Virus record (IMG/VR): IMGVR_UViG_3300032259_000003
Coordinates: 1-64,000 of that record
Reading direction: 5' to 3' (one strand)
Length of the DNA: 64,000 nucleotides
DNA from: a virus
Lineage: Duplodnaviria > Caudoviricetes
In this document: positions 46,172 through 56,581 of the stretch, piece after piece
Layout: each line of letters starts with the position of its first letter
How positions within the stretch are numbered: position 1 is the first letter of the stretch
Translations under genes and position numbers: made by a program
Notes under the pieces: model-generated
The model's database searches: none
The model's input: the letters and a program-made list of their open reading frames with translations, nothing else
What the model was told of the DNA's origin: nothing

Positions 46172-46573
46172 TTAGGCGGTCAATCCTGTTACGTTAATAT
46201 CAATTACTAGCGTTGTCGTTGCGGTCGCATATCCTACTTCACTGATATACTCACCGCCCGTTAAGTCTGATTGTAGCTCAATGTCACCTGCCGTGCCTGA
46301 TACTACCAAGCGCGTTTTGGCTGTCAATCCACCGCCAACCGTTAAGGTTGTGCCATCGGTCGCCACTAACACATATTCACCGCTTGACGCGGCGTGTAGG
46401 GCGATCCCATAAACTACAGCGGTTGCAGCAGCACCGGCGGCGGCTTCTTTGACTTTGTTGTTGTCGGTTGTGTCAATATACACGGCTGCATGTTTGCCAA
46501 TAGTCCCACCTGCAATACGGACCGTTGGCTTTTTGTCGGGTGTTGCGACTCCTGAGAATGTTACAGTTGCCAT
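46172..46573 (-). CDS. Small Gly/Ala-rich beta protein (decoration-like; relative of 15962-16390)
   Basis: AGGTIGKHAAVY...VYGIALHAASSG pattern. Confidence 0.5.
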   Translation of the reverse strand: MATVTFSGVATPDKKPTVRIAGGTIGKHAAVYIDTTDNNKVKEAAAGAAATAVVYGIALHAASSGEYVLVATDGTTLTVGGGLTAKTRLVVSGTAGDIELQSDLTGGEYISEVGYATATTTLVIDINVTGLTA

Positions 46574-46585
46574 TTATGCACCCCT

Positions 46586-47032
46586 TTAACTTATTGTGGT
46601 TTCAGTGATTGCGCCGTCCACATTAAACGTAATGCTTAAGAGTTCGGGATCACCTGCGCCGGCGGTCTTATTTGTGATTTGTGCACCACCACCTAGACGG
46701 GCCTCAAAGTCATATTGGATTGACCCGGCTACCGCGTCGGGGTTTTGAATACGGAACGAGCGCGCGCCGCCCTTACTGGTTGCATGTAGCAACATGGCGC
46801 GAATATAACCTGCAAACGAGGTTGCGCTTGTATCATTATAGTAATTGACCGTTACCGTTGCCATGATGCCACCTTCGGACGCGCTGGCCCAACGGCTTGC
46901 AAGACTAAAATAGGTTGCACCGTTAACGCTAGGGTCAATTGTGATAGTCTGAATATCATCACTAACGTTCTGTAAAGCGTCGGATGCGTTGTCAAACTGT
47001 ACGATTGCACTATCTTGAATTATGATTGTCAT
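46586..47032 (-). CDS. Major tail tube protein (module B)
   Basis: Size, position and beta-rich pattern. Confidence 0.65.
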   Translation of the reverse strand: MTIIIQDSAIVQFDNASDALQNVSDDIQTITIDPSVNGATYFSLASRWASASEGGIMATVTVNYYNDTSATSFAGYIRAMLLHATSKGGARSFRIQNPDAVAGSIQYDFEARLGGGAQITNKTAGAGDPELLSITFNVDGAITETTIS

Positions 47033-47379
47033 TATTTGTCACCTTCCACCGCCGGTTTTGACGGCTTGCTTGTTTTTTTAGTTGCGACAATATCAAACTC
47101 TACCAACCGAGCATAGTCTTCGTGTGTCGCGTCCACAATCTCGATAGCGTATCCTAGCAATAAGTTTAGATCCTTTTGGCTACGTTCAGCCAAGAATGAC
47201 GGACGCCATAAAATAGGGGGTGGGGCTTGACGCACATTTTGCACCGCCTCACCCGTCGCTATTTCGGTCACACCATCATCAGGGTTATACTTTCCTTCGT
47301 CGGAGAAGTATGTGCCTGATAGGATTACTTCTTGTGATTCACGCCTAACGAGATTGGTCAATGCTTTATAGATTGTCAT
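47032..47379 (-). CDS. Hypothetical protein
   Basis: Coupled ORF in neck region. Confidence 0.65.
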   Translation of the reverse strand: MTIYKALTNLVRRESQEVILSGTYFSDEGKYNPDDGVTEIATGEAVQNVRQAPPPILWRPSFLAERSQKDLNLLLGYAIEIVDATHEDYARLVEFDIVATKKTSKPSKPAVEGDK

Positions 47380-47837
47380 GTAACCACCTCTTTAACTTGT
47401 ACCATCATTAACACGCCATAGTATTCATTCTCTGACCCTTCGGGGTACTCGAATTGGTTCCACTCATAGTCTATATTCTCAATGGTAACGTGTTGTAACC
47501 CAAGTTTGCGCTGTATCTTAAATGCGGTTACATAATTGCCAACGTAGGCGACCAATTCCGGTAAACTCGATTGTAACCGTGAATTGCTCCCAACCGGCTT
47601 ATATAACATCAAGTCCGCGATATTCCAGGATACACTTACCACATTGCCGAGCGATATATATTCCATGTTTTTACCGTCGTTCTCCCCCAATTGCATGGGA
47701 AAGACCACACGAGCCGGTGTGCCCTTGATAGACAACTGTGGGTTATCTACATCGAATATCACCGGCGTTTTACTCAAAGTATTCACTTCTATCTGACTGA
47801 TGGCGTTGATGATTTGTAGAATTTGACTCATAACCAT
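47376..47837 (-). CDS. Tail terminator-like protein
   Basis: Position; C-terminal YYGVLMMVQVKE strand. Confidence 0.55.
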   Translation of the reverse strand: MVMSQILQIINAISQIEVNTLSKTPVIFDVDNPQLSIKGTPARVVFPMQLGENDGKNMEYISLGNVVSVSWNIADLMLYKPVGSNSRLQSSLPELVAYVGNYVTAFKIQRKLGLQHVTIENIDYEWNQFEYPEGSENEYYGVLMMVQVKEVVT

Positions 47838-48397
47838 TGAACCTTACGCTTGAATGGCTTAAGCAACATACACACATCATCCGGCATATCTTTAGATACC
47901 GCTTGCGATTCGACCCGTAACCAGTGCAATACCAATTGCATACAGGCTAGGACTACATCACTTGGCGGTGTGATCGAATACCCCCAATACCCCTCTATAC
48001 TAATCGCGCTCTCTGGTGACGTGTCATACTCCCATGATACATCGGAATCACTTTTTAATTCGATGCCATAAATAGGGGTATGGTTACGCGGTAACGTCAC
48101 ATAGTCCGTACCTGTAACCGTGGTTGCGTCACCGTTGGTGATAACGAGATCGGTTGTACTAGCAAGCCAATTGTCAAAATAGAGTTTATCGTATTCATCG
48201 TCTGTGCTTGCTGTGCGAGCCGTGGGTGCATCGAATACCCGCGTGCTAACCGCGGATATTTCAAAGACATTGTTTGTATATGATTCTATAGCCGATTGTG
48301 CCCGTGGTATCAATGCCGATATTTCCGCATCTTGCCCGGTGTCGCCAGGGTCATAGTCTCCATGTTGCCGTATTTGTGCGAGTGTCACATAAGCCAT
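47828..48397 (-). CDS. Head-tail connector (gp6-like)
   Basis: YVTLAQIR, AQSAIESYTN, GYWGY..PPSDVVLAC motifs. Confidence 0.8.
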   Translation of the reverse strand: MAYVTLAQIRQHGDYDPGDTGQDAEISALIPRAQSAIESYTNNVFEISAVSTRVFDAPTARTASTDDEYDKLYFDNWLASTTDLVITNGDATTVTGTDYVTLPRNHTPIYGIELKSDSDVSWEYDTSPESAISIEGYWGYSITPPSDVVLACMQLVLHWLRVESQAVSKDMPDDVCMLLKPFKRKVQWL

Positions 48398-48411
48398 TAG
48401 GTTGTCCTATT

Positions 48412-48867
48412 TTACGCTATGATTTCCGTTACACTTGCAAGGTCCTGGGATGTAACATCGCTATAGTCTTCACGCCAACCGATTGCGACCATACCCGCGT
48501 CACTGGTTGCGGTTCCAACTGTCATTGTACCCTCAATAAAATTGAGGCCCTGTGCAGCACACTCTTCGGCTGATACTTCGACAATATATTGCTTGTCACT
48601 GCCATCGGTTCCGGCTTGTGTGACTTGTGTAATGCTTTTACCGGTTACGGCTGTCGCATGTGAACCGGCGTTTGTGGATGCACCACCTTTGACAATAAAG
48701 TCAAGTGTAGCACTCGATCCAAGTGTACCTGCGGCAACAATAAACATCACGCGATTCCATTTGTTCATGTCAATCTCATCACAAATATACGCGGCGGCGG
48801 TGTGTACGTCGGGGTCAATCGTGGCCACGACTCCTATACATTCTGTTAGTCTGATATTTTGAGGCAT
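48412..48867 (-). CDS. Capsid-associated/decoration-like protein
   Basis: Directly after MCP; beta-rich. Confidence 0.55.
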   Translation of the reverse strand: MPQNIRLTECIGVVATIDPDVHTAAAYICDEIDMNKWNRVMFIVAAGTLGSSATLDFIVKGGASTNAGSHATAVTGKSITQVTQAGTDGSDKQYIVEVSAEECAAQGLNFIEGTMTVGTATSDAGMVAIGWREDYSDVTSQDLASVTEIIA

Positions 48868-48885
48868 TATATGTTACTCCTTATA

Positions 48886-50808
48886 CTAGTCGTTAAAGTA
48901 AACGAATGGGCTTACAGTAAACGACCCTTGAGGATCTGCTAAAGTAATGGCGTTATTCAGCCACGGCTTACCGTCTACACGTGCACCATAGCGCCAGGTA
49001 TCGTTCCCGTTGAGGAAGTCTACATGCTCCGAGAAGTCAATATAGAATCCGCCAAGTTCAAACAAGATATAACTTGCCAGGTCCGCAAGGATAACACATC
49101 CTGAGTTATTGGCCTGTGGCAGGTGTTCCGAGAAGATAATTGGACGGCCGTCGTGCACCATTGTCGGCCCTTGTGATGGGTTCGCGTTCCATACGCTCCC
49201 GCCGGTCCCGACTTCAAAGTTATAGATGTCTGGAAGGATGCTACGATGGGTCAACCATGCACCGCCACCGGTTCCGTTATCACTTGTCAAGCCTGCCATT
49301 GCTTTAAAACGGCTCGCCATTTCCGCAGCATCAGCATAAGCAAAAACATTGTCCGCGTCCGGTGTTACGGCTACGGCGGCGCTTGAATTAAGGATACCTA
49401 ACGGTTGTGCTGCACCGGTTCCGCGCAAAATACCTTTTTCTACTTTTTCGGTATAGGCGCGTACCATTAGGTTACGGAACAACGACTCAAGGCCGCTGAC
49501 TTCTTGTGATAATTCACGGGATGCTTTTACATAACCGCTTGCATAGTCCGATACATTGTAAAGCAATTGGTCAAAAGCTGGTGTCTCTTCGGTGTAGGCA
49601 CCACCTTCGGCGCGGATATTGGTTCCTACACCTGATTGTTCCGCTGATTCACCACCGCCGGCGGTTGGGGCTGTCGTAACGTCAAGGCTAGGATAGCGAC
49701 CACTGCGGACGCTTACCGACTGACGGGTTACGCCGTTCACAATTGGGGATGACCGCAATACAGCTTGTAAAAGCGTGTTGCTAAATGCTTCCGGGATAAG
49801 ATACCCACCGGCTGCCCCACTGTCACCACTTGCGGCTTTATAGTAGCCTGATTTATAAACGACTGCTAGACGTTCTTGATCGTTACGCCGTACCGCCATC
49901 ATAAAGTCGCCTAATGACTTCACAGTCTCATCAGCCTTACCGCCGTCTTGGGTATAGTACCCGGACTTGCGAACCGTGGGGCTGTTCTCCATATGGTCTA
50001 GCAATTTGGCCATTGTGTCAGCCATGCCTTTAACTTCACCGCGGAATTCGGCTTGCTCACCTTCGAGCTTAGACATTGCGTCTTTGATCTTTGCATCTAC
50101 AACCTGCGATACGTCATCAGGCTGTACATTTTGGATATTCTCATCTTTATCCATTGTATTACTCCTACTTGATATTTGAACTAAAGAACCGTCGTGACTG
50201 ACTTCACTTTTTAACGCCTTCGCTTGTACAGCCTGCGCGTTCTCTTCGGTTTCCGCAGTCGTAACGGGTAACTCACGATAATTAATAGGCAACATCTCAA
50301 TCGTTTTATACGTTGCCTTGTTGCGATAGTCCGCAGGGGTATGGGTTAAGCTCGCATCAGCCCCTAACGGCCATTTGGTGATCTCATAAATGCCACTTTT
50401 AACCTCAACCGACTTGACCAGGTGCGACGCGCTCCCACTTGACCAACCAATACTTTTCCCCTGGCTTGACCGGGCCTCAATGAGCGCAATCACCATTGCG
50501 TCGTATTCGTTGGCCTCGTCAAGTAGCCCACTCACCCAAACACCTTTATCTTTTAAGGATAGTTCGGCCTTCATGCCGTGGTTGAGCTTGTGGTGCTTTA
50601 AGACCGGATCCATGCCGTGATTGAAATACATCGTGGCTTTGCCGTTTCCATCGTCAAGATCAAAATCGGTATCTTTAGTAAAATAATCCCCTACAAAATC
50701 GGCCTCATTAGGGTTCCCAAATAGCACAAGATACCCCTCGACCTGTCGCTTATTGTCGCCTATGGCCTTCATAGCCACGTCACTGCCAAGTGTAATTAAA
50801 TTTGTCAT
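48886..50808 (-). CDS. Fused prohead protease + HK97-type major capsid protein
   Basis: N-term VEGYLVLFG..FNHG..GWSSGS..SLTHTPAD; C-term GGYLIPE, GTGAAQPLGIL, RVDGKP. Confidence 0.9.
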   Translation of the reverse strand: MTNLITLGSDVAMKAIGDNKRQVEGYLVLFGNPNEADFVGDYFTKDTDFDLDDGNGKATMYFNHGMDPVLKHHKLNHGMKAELSLKDKGVWVSGLLDEANEYDAMVIALIEARSSQGKSIGWSSGSASHLVKSVEVKSGIYEITKWPLGADASLTHTPADYRNKATYKTIEMLPINYRELPVTTAETEENAQAVQAKALKSEVSHDGSLVQISSRSNTMDKDENIQNVQPDDVSQVVDAKIKDAMSKLEGEQAEFRGEVKGMADTMAKLLDHMENSPTVRKSGYYTQDGGKADETVKSLGDFMMAVRRNDQERLAVVYKSGYYKAASGDSGAAGGYLIPEAFSNTLLQAVLRSSPIVNGVTRQSVSVRSGRYPSLDVTTAPTAGGGESAEQSGVGTNIRAEGGAYTEETPAFDQLLYNVSDYASGYVKASRELSQEVSGLESLFRNLMVRAYTEKVEKGILRGTGAAQPLGILNSSAAVAVTPDADNVFAYADAAEMASRFKAMAGLTSDNGTGGGAWLTHRSILPDIYNFEVGTGGSVWNANPSQGPTMVHDGRPIIFSEHLPQANNSGCVILADLASYILFELGGFYIDFSEHVDFLNGNDTWRYGARVDGKPWLNNAITLADPQGSFTVSPFVYFND

Positions 50809-50809
50809 C

Positions 50810-51193
50810 TTATATGCTCCGGTTTACTTCATTTTGGATAATTTCTACCACGCGGTTACGCTCTCGCCCTACTACCGACCGGACGGAATGGCTACCCCAA
50901 ACACGCCTAAAATATGGGTTGCCCTTTTGCTCTCCCTGGACATCATCGGCATATAGCGCGTTATTGCCTATCGTTTGAGTAAAGCCGGATTTACTGGGTT
51001 TATTCGTCCAACGGTTTTTAAGGTTCCCGGTTCTAACGTAAGATACCCCGACCGGTTGGACCGGGTATTCTTGTAATTGGCCTTTTAAATATAACGCGGC
51101 TACTGATAACCCACGTTTAGCGCCGTCCATACGCATTAATGACTTGGCCAAGTCTGGCACATCGCCACTGTCAATTTTTAACCTTATCTTCAT
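50810..51193 (-). CDS. HK97 gp10-like protein (unusually upstream of capsid)
   Basis: YVRTGNLKNRW, IGNNALYA..VQG motifs. Confidence 0.7.
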   Translation of the reverse strand: MKIRLKIDSGDVPDLAKSLMRMDGAKRGLSVAALYLKGQLQEYPVQPVGVSYVRTGNLKNRWTNKPSKSGFTQTIGNNALYADDVQGEQKGNPYFRRVWGSHSVRSVVGRERNRVVEIIQNEVNRSI

Positions 51194-51306
51194 AGTCCAC
51201 CTCTGGAAAGACGATAATATTATCCGGTGTTGACTCTATCATATCACTATTATCAAAATAAATATCTATCAACGCTTGAATATCACTATTGATAAGATCG
51301 AATAGA

Positions 51307-52032
51307 TCACCCATTGTTTAATATCTCATTCTCGTATTCGTAGCGTATCCCACAGCGACAACGCATATGTGCCGGTGGGGCATAGTATCCGATGCCTGAT
51401 ACAGGGTGTGCAAAATGTGCATCAAACCCAAAATTGCTCGCTTGTACACCATCCAACGGTTCGCAGATAGGGCATACTTTTTTGTCGCGCACCGTCAACC
51501 ATACTTTGCGCATCATAACGCCCTGGTCGGTCAATTCATTGACAACTAATTTTTCCCCCTGCACCGCGGCTCGCGTAACCTCGGTTACGGCTATGGCTTC
51601 ACTATGTGCCGGGCCGTAGAGACGACTCACACGGTCTATCATCCCTTGCCGGTCAATCTTATTCTCATAATAATCAGCGACGGCTTGACCGACGCTATTG
51701 CGCCGTGTATCAATTAGTTGCCCGGATAATGTGCCGCTATATTCACGCGCCCAAAGTGCGGCCCGTTCATTTATCAGATCGAAAGACACACCACTAAAGC
51801 CGGTTTCCCGTACCATGTTCTCAACGCCGGCAATGAAGACAGACTCTAATTGAGGCGTTAATACTTGTTGGTAGTCAATAAGGATCTCTCTCCAAACATC
51901 ATCCGTAAAATTATCTAGTTTTGGTGGGTCGCCAATTAACTTTAATAACTTGCGCCGTGTTCGTGCGTTGAGCTTACCAACTTCGGTCGCCATCGCGGCT
52001 TCTATCGCATCGCGGTCCTGTAAGACGGGCAT
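51307..52032 (-). CDS. Minor head protein (SPP1 gp7/Mu gpF-like)
   Basis: IAVTEVTRA, KVWLTVRD..VCPICEPLDG, PPAHMRCRC. Confidence 0.85.
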   Translation of the reverse strand: MPVLQDRDAIEAAMATEVGKLNARTRRKLLKLIGDPPKLDNFTDDVWREILIDYQQVLTPQLESVFIAGVENMVRETGFSGVSFDLINERAALWAREYSGTLSGQLIDTRRNSVGQAVADYYENKIDRQGMIDRVSRLYGPAHSEAIAVTEVTRAAVQGEKLVVNELTDQGVMMRKVWLTVRDKKVCPICEPLDGVQASNFGFDAHFAHPVSGIGYYAPPAHMRCRCGIRYEYENEILNNG

Positions 52033-52352
52033 TATTTGAGCGCTCGCAAAGTACGTAATAGGTCTTCGTTGGCTCGATAGGTTGGGATGGTGATATTGGC
52101 CTTGACCACATTAAAGAATGTTAATGGGTCAATGGTAGACCCACCCTTATTATAAGTTATCCCAATCTCATCTAAGACAGCATTTACAGCTTTGACCTTT
52201 GCCGCGCTTAGTTTTGGCGTTTTGCTATCGTTAAATAACGCGCTTAACACGGCGGCCGCGTCTTCGTCACCACCTACCAACAAGCTGATAAGCCCGTCAT
52301 AGGTGAGCTGGTTATGTTGTGCTACATATTCGAGTTGTGCCTTTACTGTCAT
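52032..52352 (-). CDS. Hypothetical protein
   Basis: Coupled between portal and minor head genes. Confidence 0.7.
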   Translation of the reverse strand: MTVKAQLEYVAQHNQLTYDGLISLLVGGDEDAAAVLSALFNDSKTPKLSAAKVKAVNAVLDEIGITYNKGGSTIDPLTFFNVVKANITIPTYRANEDLLRTLRALK

Positions 52353-53803
52353 TAGTACTCACTTTCTGCATGATGATCGGTTAGGTCTATCGCGTGTTTG
52401 AATACATCGCTAATCTCGGACCTAATTTCTATCTCTGATAAATGGCCACGTATCGCGGCTTGTAATGACTCCGGTATAAGATGGGACTCAAAATTAACCT
52501 CGGCGTTACCTACCCGTTTAAAAGCTTTGGTCGCTTTGGTCTCCCATTGGTCTAAGTGGGTGGCAATGGATACCACCGGCTTAAATGACCGGACCTCTAT
52601 AATATCGTCTTCGGTCACAGACACGGCCGGTATATTGCCGTCTTCCATCTGTAGTGGTTCATCTTGCGTATCACTTATTGAACGGACCGCGGCCCATTGC
52701 TCTTCGTTGAGGTCATACCCTAATATCTCTAAGGCGGTAACGAGCGGTATCCCTACATTTACCAAATTAGCCAATGAATCCGACCGTTGTGCCTCGTCAG
52801 CCTGGAATAGGTCTAGCTCTTGTTCTCTAAACTCAAGTTGGATATTGATATTATGGTTTAAAAAGTACGGGTTAATCATACCCTCAATCTTGCGGGCCAA
52901 TGGGATGACTGTTTTTTGGTAAAAGTGTTTATTGTCTTCACGGGCCGTAGCATAATTCGCGGCTGATGAGAATAACAACGACTGCGGTATTCCTAACGAT
53001 GTACTTATATCTTCGCGCTTTTTGTCGGTCAATTCTCCGACGGCCAATTCCGACATGGGACTACCCAATGCATGGACTTTTGTCTCAGAACTAATAGGAA
53101 AAACCTCATGTGCTTTAGTCATGCCGGCGCTAAACATACGCTTGAATATGTTACTTGTTCGCTCTTGTTCGGCGGCTGGCATGGCCTCGAATCCTGGTAT
53201 CTCGACCATTGTTGGGTTAATTGCACCACTATCAAAATATTTTTTGCCGTATGTATCAATGGCCATCAATAGACCGGCAGCCTTTAACGCATTTTGCGCG
53301 GGCGATGTGCCGATGGCTATCTCATTCTCCCGTGATGGAATCCACGCATAACCTATCTCACCGCGCTTGAATGGGATCTCATTGGCTCCGAGTTTGCGCT
53401 TAAAACCGACTAGGCCATACTGTGAATCTGTCACCAATTCCATAGCGTCAGGATGGAACCGCCGCAATTCTTGACTCTTACCATACTTGTTATCCTCGAT
53501 GATACAAAACATCGCGCCGGTTAATAAATAGTCGCCTACAACCTCATCTAAAAAGTTGCTCCATTGCACATTCACGGGTAAGGCTTCCAGGTCTTCCTCG
53601 TTACGCGGTAGCCCGTTAATGGCTTCAATAATGGTTTGAATAGCGCGGTATAGCCACGGAACCGCGTCATACAACTTATATATATCGCTTGTGGTGGCTG
53701 TGCCTAATACACTTTCCCACACATTGGCCGGAAATGCGTCAATCGGTAGGCTCTTAATCCCGTTGGCTGATGTGAGGGTAAATTGTCGCGTTGGTTTGGG
53801 CAT
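52352..53803 (-). CDS. Portal protein (HK97-family)
   Basis: LYRAIQTI, GTSPAQ, DISTSLGIP, ANYAT motifs. Confidence 0.9.
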   Translation of the reverse strand: MPKPTRQFTLTSANGIKSLPIDAFPANVWESVLGTATTSDIYKLYDAVPWLYRAIQTIIEAINGLPRNEEDLEALPVNVQWSNFLDEVVGDYLLTGAMFCIIEDNKYGKSQELRRFHPDAMELVTDSQYGLVGFKRKLGANEIPFKRGEIGYAWIPSRENEIAIGTSPAQNALKAAGLLMAIDTYGKKYFDSGAINPTMVEIPGFEAMPAAEQERTSNIFKRMFSAGMTKAHEVFPISSETKVHALGSPMSELAVGELTDKKREDISTSLGIPQSLLFSSAANYATAREDNKHFYQKTVIPLARKIEGMINPYFLNHNINIQLEFREQELDLFQADEAQRSDSLANLVNVGIPLVTALEILGYDLNEEQWAAVRSISDTQDEPLQMEDGNIPAVSVTEDDIIEVRSFKPVVSIATHLDQWETKATKAFKRVGNAEVNFESHLIPESLQAAIRGHLSEIEIRSEISDVFKHAIDLTDHHAESEY

Positions 53804-53815
53804 ATGATGATACCT

Positions 53816-55132
53816 TTATATAAAGAATTTTTTACGGGCGCGGTCGAGCGTTACGATAGCGTAGCGCATCGCATCCATGCCGTGGTCATTGTCTTTGATG
53901 GGTTGCTCTTTGTTGGGTTTGCCGTCCACGCCTTCGGGGTAGCTATAGCTTGCTATCTCCTGAATGGTGGATGTTGGGCGGTTGGCCTCAACGAGTACAC
54001 GGTCAATCTCTACTGTCGCGCCTTCCATGAAGAAGATGCGCGGCTTACCGTCGCCGACATCACGTAACCGAAGTTGCACCAATTCGATGCCCGACTCAAT
54101 GGATACCGTCTTGTCTACGTTCCCAGTGGGTATGCCGTGTCGGTTGAGGGTTGCGGCGTTCTCCGGGTCGTGGTCGGTGACGGTATAGTCAATGCGTTCC
54201 CCCTGCGATAGTGTTTTGATCTGTTGTGCATGGTCACTCACCAACCGTTGACTCATGTATATCTCTCGATAGAGATACAATCGGCCGTCGGGGTCAATCG
54301 CCCACCACTGACACACAAACGGGTTGGTATAACCGAAGTCAACCACACGGATACGTCGCCATGACTTGGGTATATCAAAGGGATCTATAACGTGGCGCTC
54401 TCGGCGGTAGTCTTCATATACCGCGCCTTCGGCTCCGGCCCATTGCCCTAAATACCCACGCTTATGCCTTAACCCGGTCAAGCCTGATAATATTTGACGG
54501 GTGCGTTCCCCCTGTACCGTCCATTGCTTTTTGCGTTGGTCAAATAGCGCAGGGTTGTGAATATGTAATTGTTCAAACATTTTAAGCTGTTCGCGTTTAA
54601 GTATCCAATGTTCGGGGTGTCCAGGGTTACAGTCACTCATCACCTGCGGGTAAGGTGCGTTCCCGGCACGTCCGGTGCATCGTCCTAGTGCCAACTCGTA
54701 AGCGTTTAAAGGTGTCTCTTCAAGCTGTACAAATAAAATAAAGTCAAATTCGCCTGATAATAACTTTTGTGGTTTATCTAAGCCAACTAATAATAGGTGT
54801 GACCCATTGCCGTATTCATAATGTGTCGGTCGTGTACCGCCATACTTTTTAATAGGGCTATTGGGTGCATCCAAATTAAAGCCGAGTACCTTCTCTTCAT
54901 AGGTGACTACGGCCGTTGACAATAGGCTTGCATAGGTGTTACGTGTAATAACCGCGCGTGACCGTGGGTATAACCATAGTAGCGCGTTGAGCTTATACAG
55001 GTTGGCCAGCGTTTTGCCTGTCTCATATGGACCAGACAAAATATATTCATGGCCTTTATATCCCCATGTCTCGGATGCACCACCATAAAATGTTATGCCA
55101 TCGGTCGCTTGATGCTCAATTACGTAGCTCAT
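53816..55132 (-). CDS. terL: Terminase large subunit (PBSX-type)
   Basis: SGPYETGKT Walker A, SDCNPG, VVDFGYTNP, DNDHGMDAMRY. Confidence 0.95.
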   Translation of the reverse strand: MSYVIEHQATDGITFYGGASETWGYKGHEYILSGPYETGKTLANLYKLNALLWLYPRSRAVITRNTYASLLSTAVVTYEEKVLGFNLDAPNSPIKKYGGTRPTHYEYGNGSHLLLVGLDKPQKLLSGEFDFILFVQLEETPLNAYELALGRCTGRAGNAPYPQVMSDCNPGHPEHWILKREQLKMFEQLHIHNPALFDQRKKQWTVQGERTRQILSGLTGLRHKRGYLGQWAGAEGAVYEDYRRERHVIDPFDIPKSWRRIRVVDFGYTNPFVCQWWAIDPDGRLYLYREIYMSQRLVSDHAQQIKTLSQGERIDYTVTDHDPENAATLNRHGIPTGNVDKTVSIESGIELVQLRLRDVGDGKPRIFFMEGATVEIDRVLVEANRPTSTIQEIASYSYPEGVDGKPNKEQPIKDNDHGMDAMRYAIVTLDRARKKFFI

Positions 55133-55536
55133 AATTCGCTGACATCCATACCAGTCTTAATGACAATTGCACCGCCGTCAGTTCCGCTTATCTCTCGACG
55201 CTCGACTTCCAGCCCGTGGATCTTATCAATTCGCGCCTGCGCTTGTATCGCTGTTTTGTAGTCTTGCACCTTCAAGGCTTTTTGGAATAGCATCTCATAG
55301 CGTTCCGTCGCCTGCCCTAGCTCACTATCTCGATCCATCTCTAAGCGCCGGTTAAAATACTTCCTTGCTTTAGCAATGTACTTATCCATCATAGATTCGC
55401 CTATATCCCACTCTTCACGACCATGTTGTAGAATATCCTGACGGCTTGCACCTTTGAGTAGGAAAGTATAAACGTCATTTGTACGTTGTAATACTATTGT
55501 ATCGCTTACGCGGCCTTTGGTCTTTTTGTTTGCCAT
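55129..55536 (-). CDS. terS: Terminase small subunit (homologous to 19121-19516)
   Basis: Upstream of TerL; shared ESMMDKYIA.ARKY and GLEVERREISG.DG. Confidence 0.8.
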   Translation of the reverse strand: MANKKTKGRVSDTIVLQRTNDVYTFLLKGASRQDILQHGREEWDIGESMMDKYIAKARKYFNRRLEMDRDSELGQATERYEMLFQKALKVQDYKTAIQAQARIDKIHGLEVERREISGTDGGAIVIKTGMDVSEL

Positions 55537-56192
55537 TACTTGCCCCGTTTTTTGTCTAACATTACATTAAAATATTCACGAATATAGAAGTCGTAAACGT
55601 CGGGTGATGTGGTTAAATTATAGTTCTCTGTTCGTGGCTGCCAAGATAGGTTAGCGCTCCCGGTGATGGATACGGTTCTATCGTCAGGCGCTTTTAAACA
55701 TATCGCTTTAAGGTGGTTCTTAAACGTGATAAACGGTTGTTTGTGTTTTTGCATCCCTAAAATTAATATGTTGGCCGCTTCGGGCTTGACCCGTGGGAAA
55801 TACGGATCTGACATAACCACCAACGATTGAAATCCGCCGGTGTCCAATAGGTCAATTAACCCGTGTGCGTGGTTGGGGTTCATTGACCACGTGCTAATAT
55901 GAGCTTGAATACCATCACCGCCTAACAAGTCAACCAAATGATATAGGAATGTACCTAGATCAAATGCCTCATCTTGTTCCGCCATAATAGCCCGTGTGCC
56001 GGCTCCGTTGCCGATAACATATAGATCGGTATCAGGTGGCGGCAATGTTGGGATTAATTTAGATATGGCCTGACGCTTTAAGCCTGAGATAAGGTGACGT
56101 TTGGCGACAGTCTTAGTTAATACTTTGGGCCTACCGAGTGTCTCACCGGTTTGTATCAGGTCTTCTTCCGTCAATAGATCATTTAGGCTCAT
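55536..56192 (-). CDS. Single-motif phospholipase D (HKD)-family protein, possible nuclease
   Basis: HLK....TGSANLS motif. Confidence 0.65.
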   Translation of the reverse strand: MSLNDLLTEEDLIQTGETLGRPKVLTKTVAKRHLISGLKRQAISKLIPTLPPPDTDLYVIGNGAGTRAIMAEQDEAFDLGTFLYHLVDLLGGDGIQAHISTWSMNPNHAHGLIDLLDTGGFQSLVVMSDPYFPRVKPEAANILILGMQKHKQPFITFKNHLKAICLKAPDDRTVSITGSANLSWQPRTENYNLTTSPDVYDFYIREYFNVMLDKKRGK

Positions 56193-56194
56193 GA

Positions 56195-56563
56195 CTAGCG
56201 GTTCAATAGCAATCTAATGGTACGGTCCGCGCTTAATTGGTTGGTGCTTGACTTGAGTTTGATGTAACGCGGAAAATTGTACGTGTCTGAGATATTCAAA
56301 AATACAAATCGGCTTGTCGATACGGTTAGTGTATATTCTATACCGGCCTTGTCGTAAATCGCGTTAAAAGTGGTATCGTCAAGACTACCCTCAAAAGTAA
56401 TATCCGCGGCGGTCCAGGCAGCCGGCATGACAAGCGCCGTAATATGCCAGTCTTGAAGGTCCGCGCTTGCCGTTAGGTCCGCGTCTTCGGATATATCAAA
56501 CGTCACGTCAATGTAGGCTTCTTTAACACTGTTGATACTAACGATATTTGTATATGTGGCCAT
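56195..56563 (-). CDS. Hypothetical beta-rich protein
   Basis: MPAAWTAADITFEGS motif; AAGGA RBS; absent from unit A. Confidence 0.7.
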   Translation of the reverse strand: MATYTNIVSINSVKEAYIDVTFDISEDADLTASADLQDWHITALVMPAAWTAADITFEGSLDDTTFNAIYDKAGIEYTLTVSTSRFVFLNISDTYNFPRYIKLKSSTNQLSADRTIRLLLNR

Positions 56564-56581
56564 AGCTCAATCCTTTAATTA

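Noticed and set aside
3264-56563. Many 60-150-aa plus-strand ORFs opposite structural genes
   Set aside because: No RBS or motifs; antisense shadows of tightly coupled minus-strand operons.
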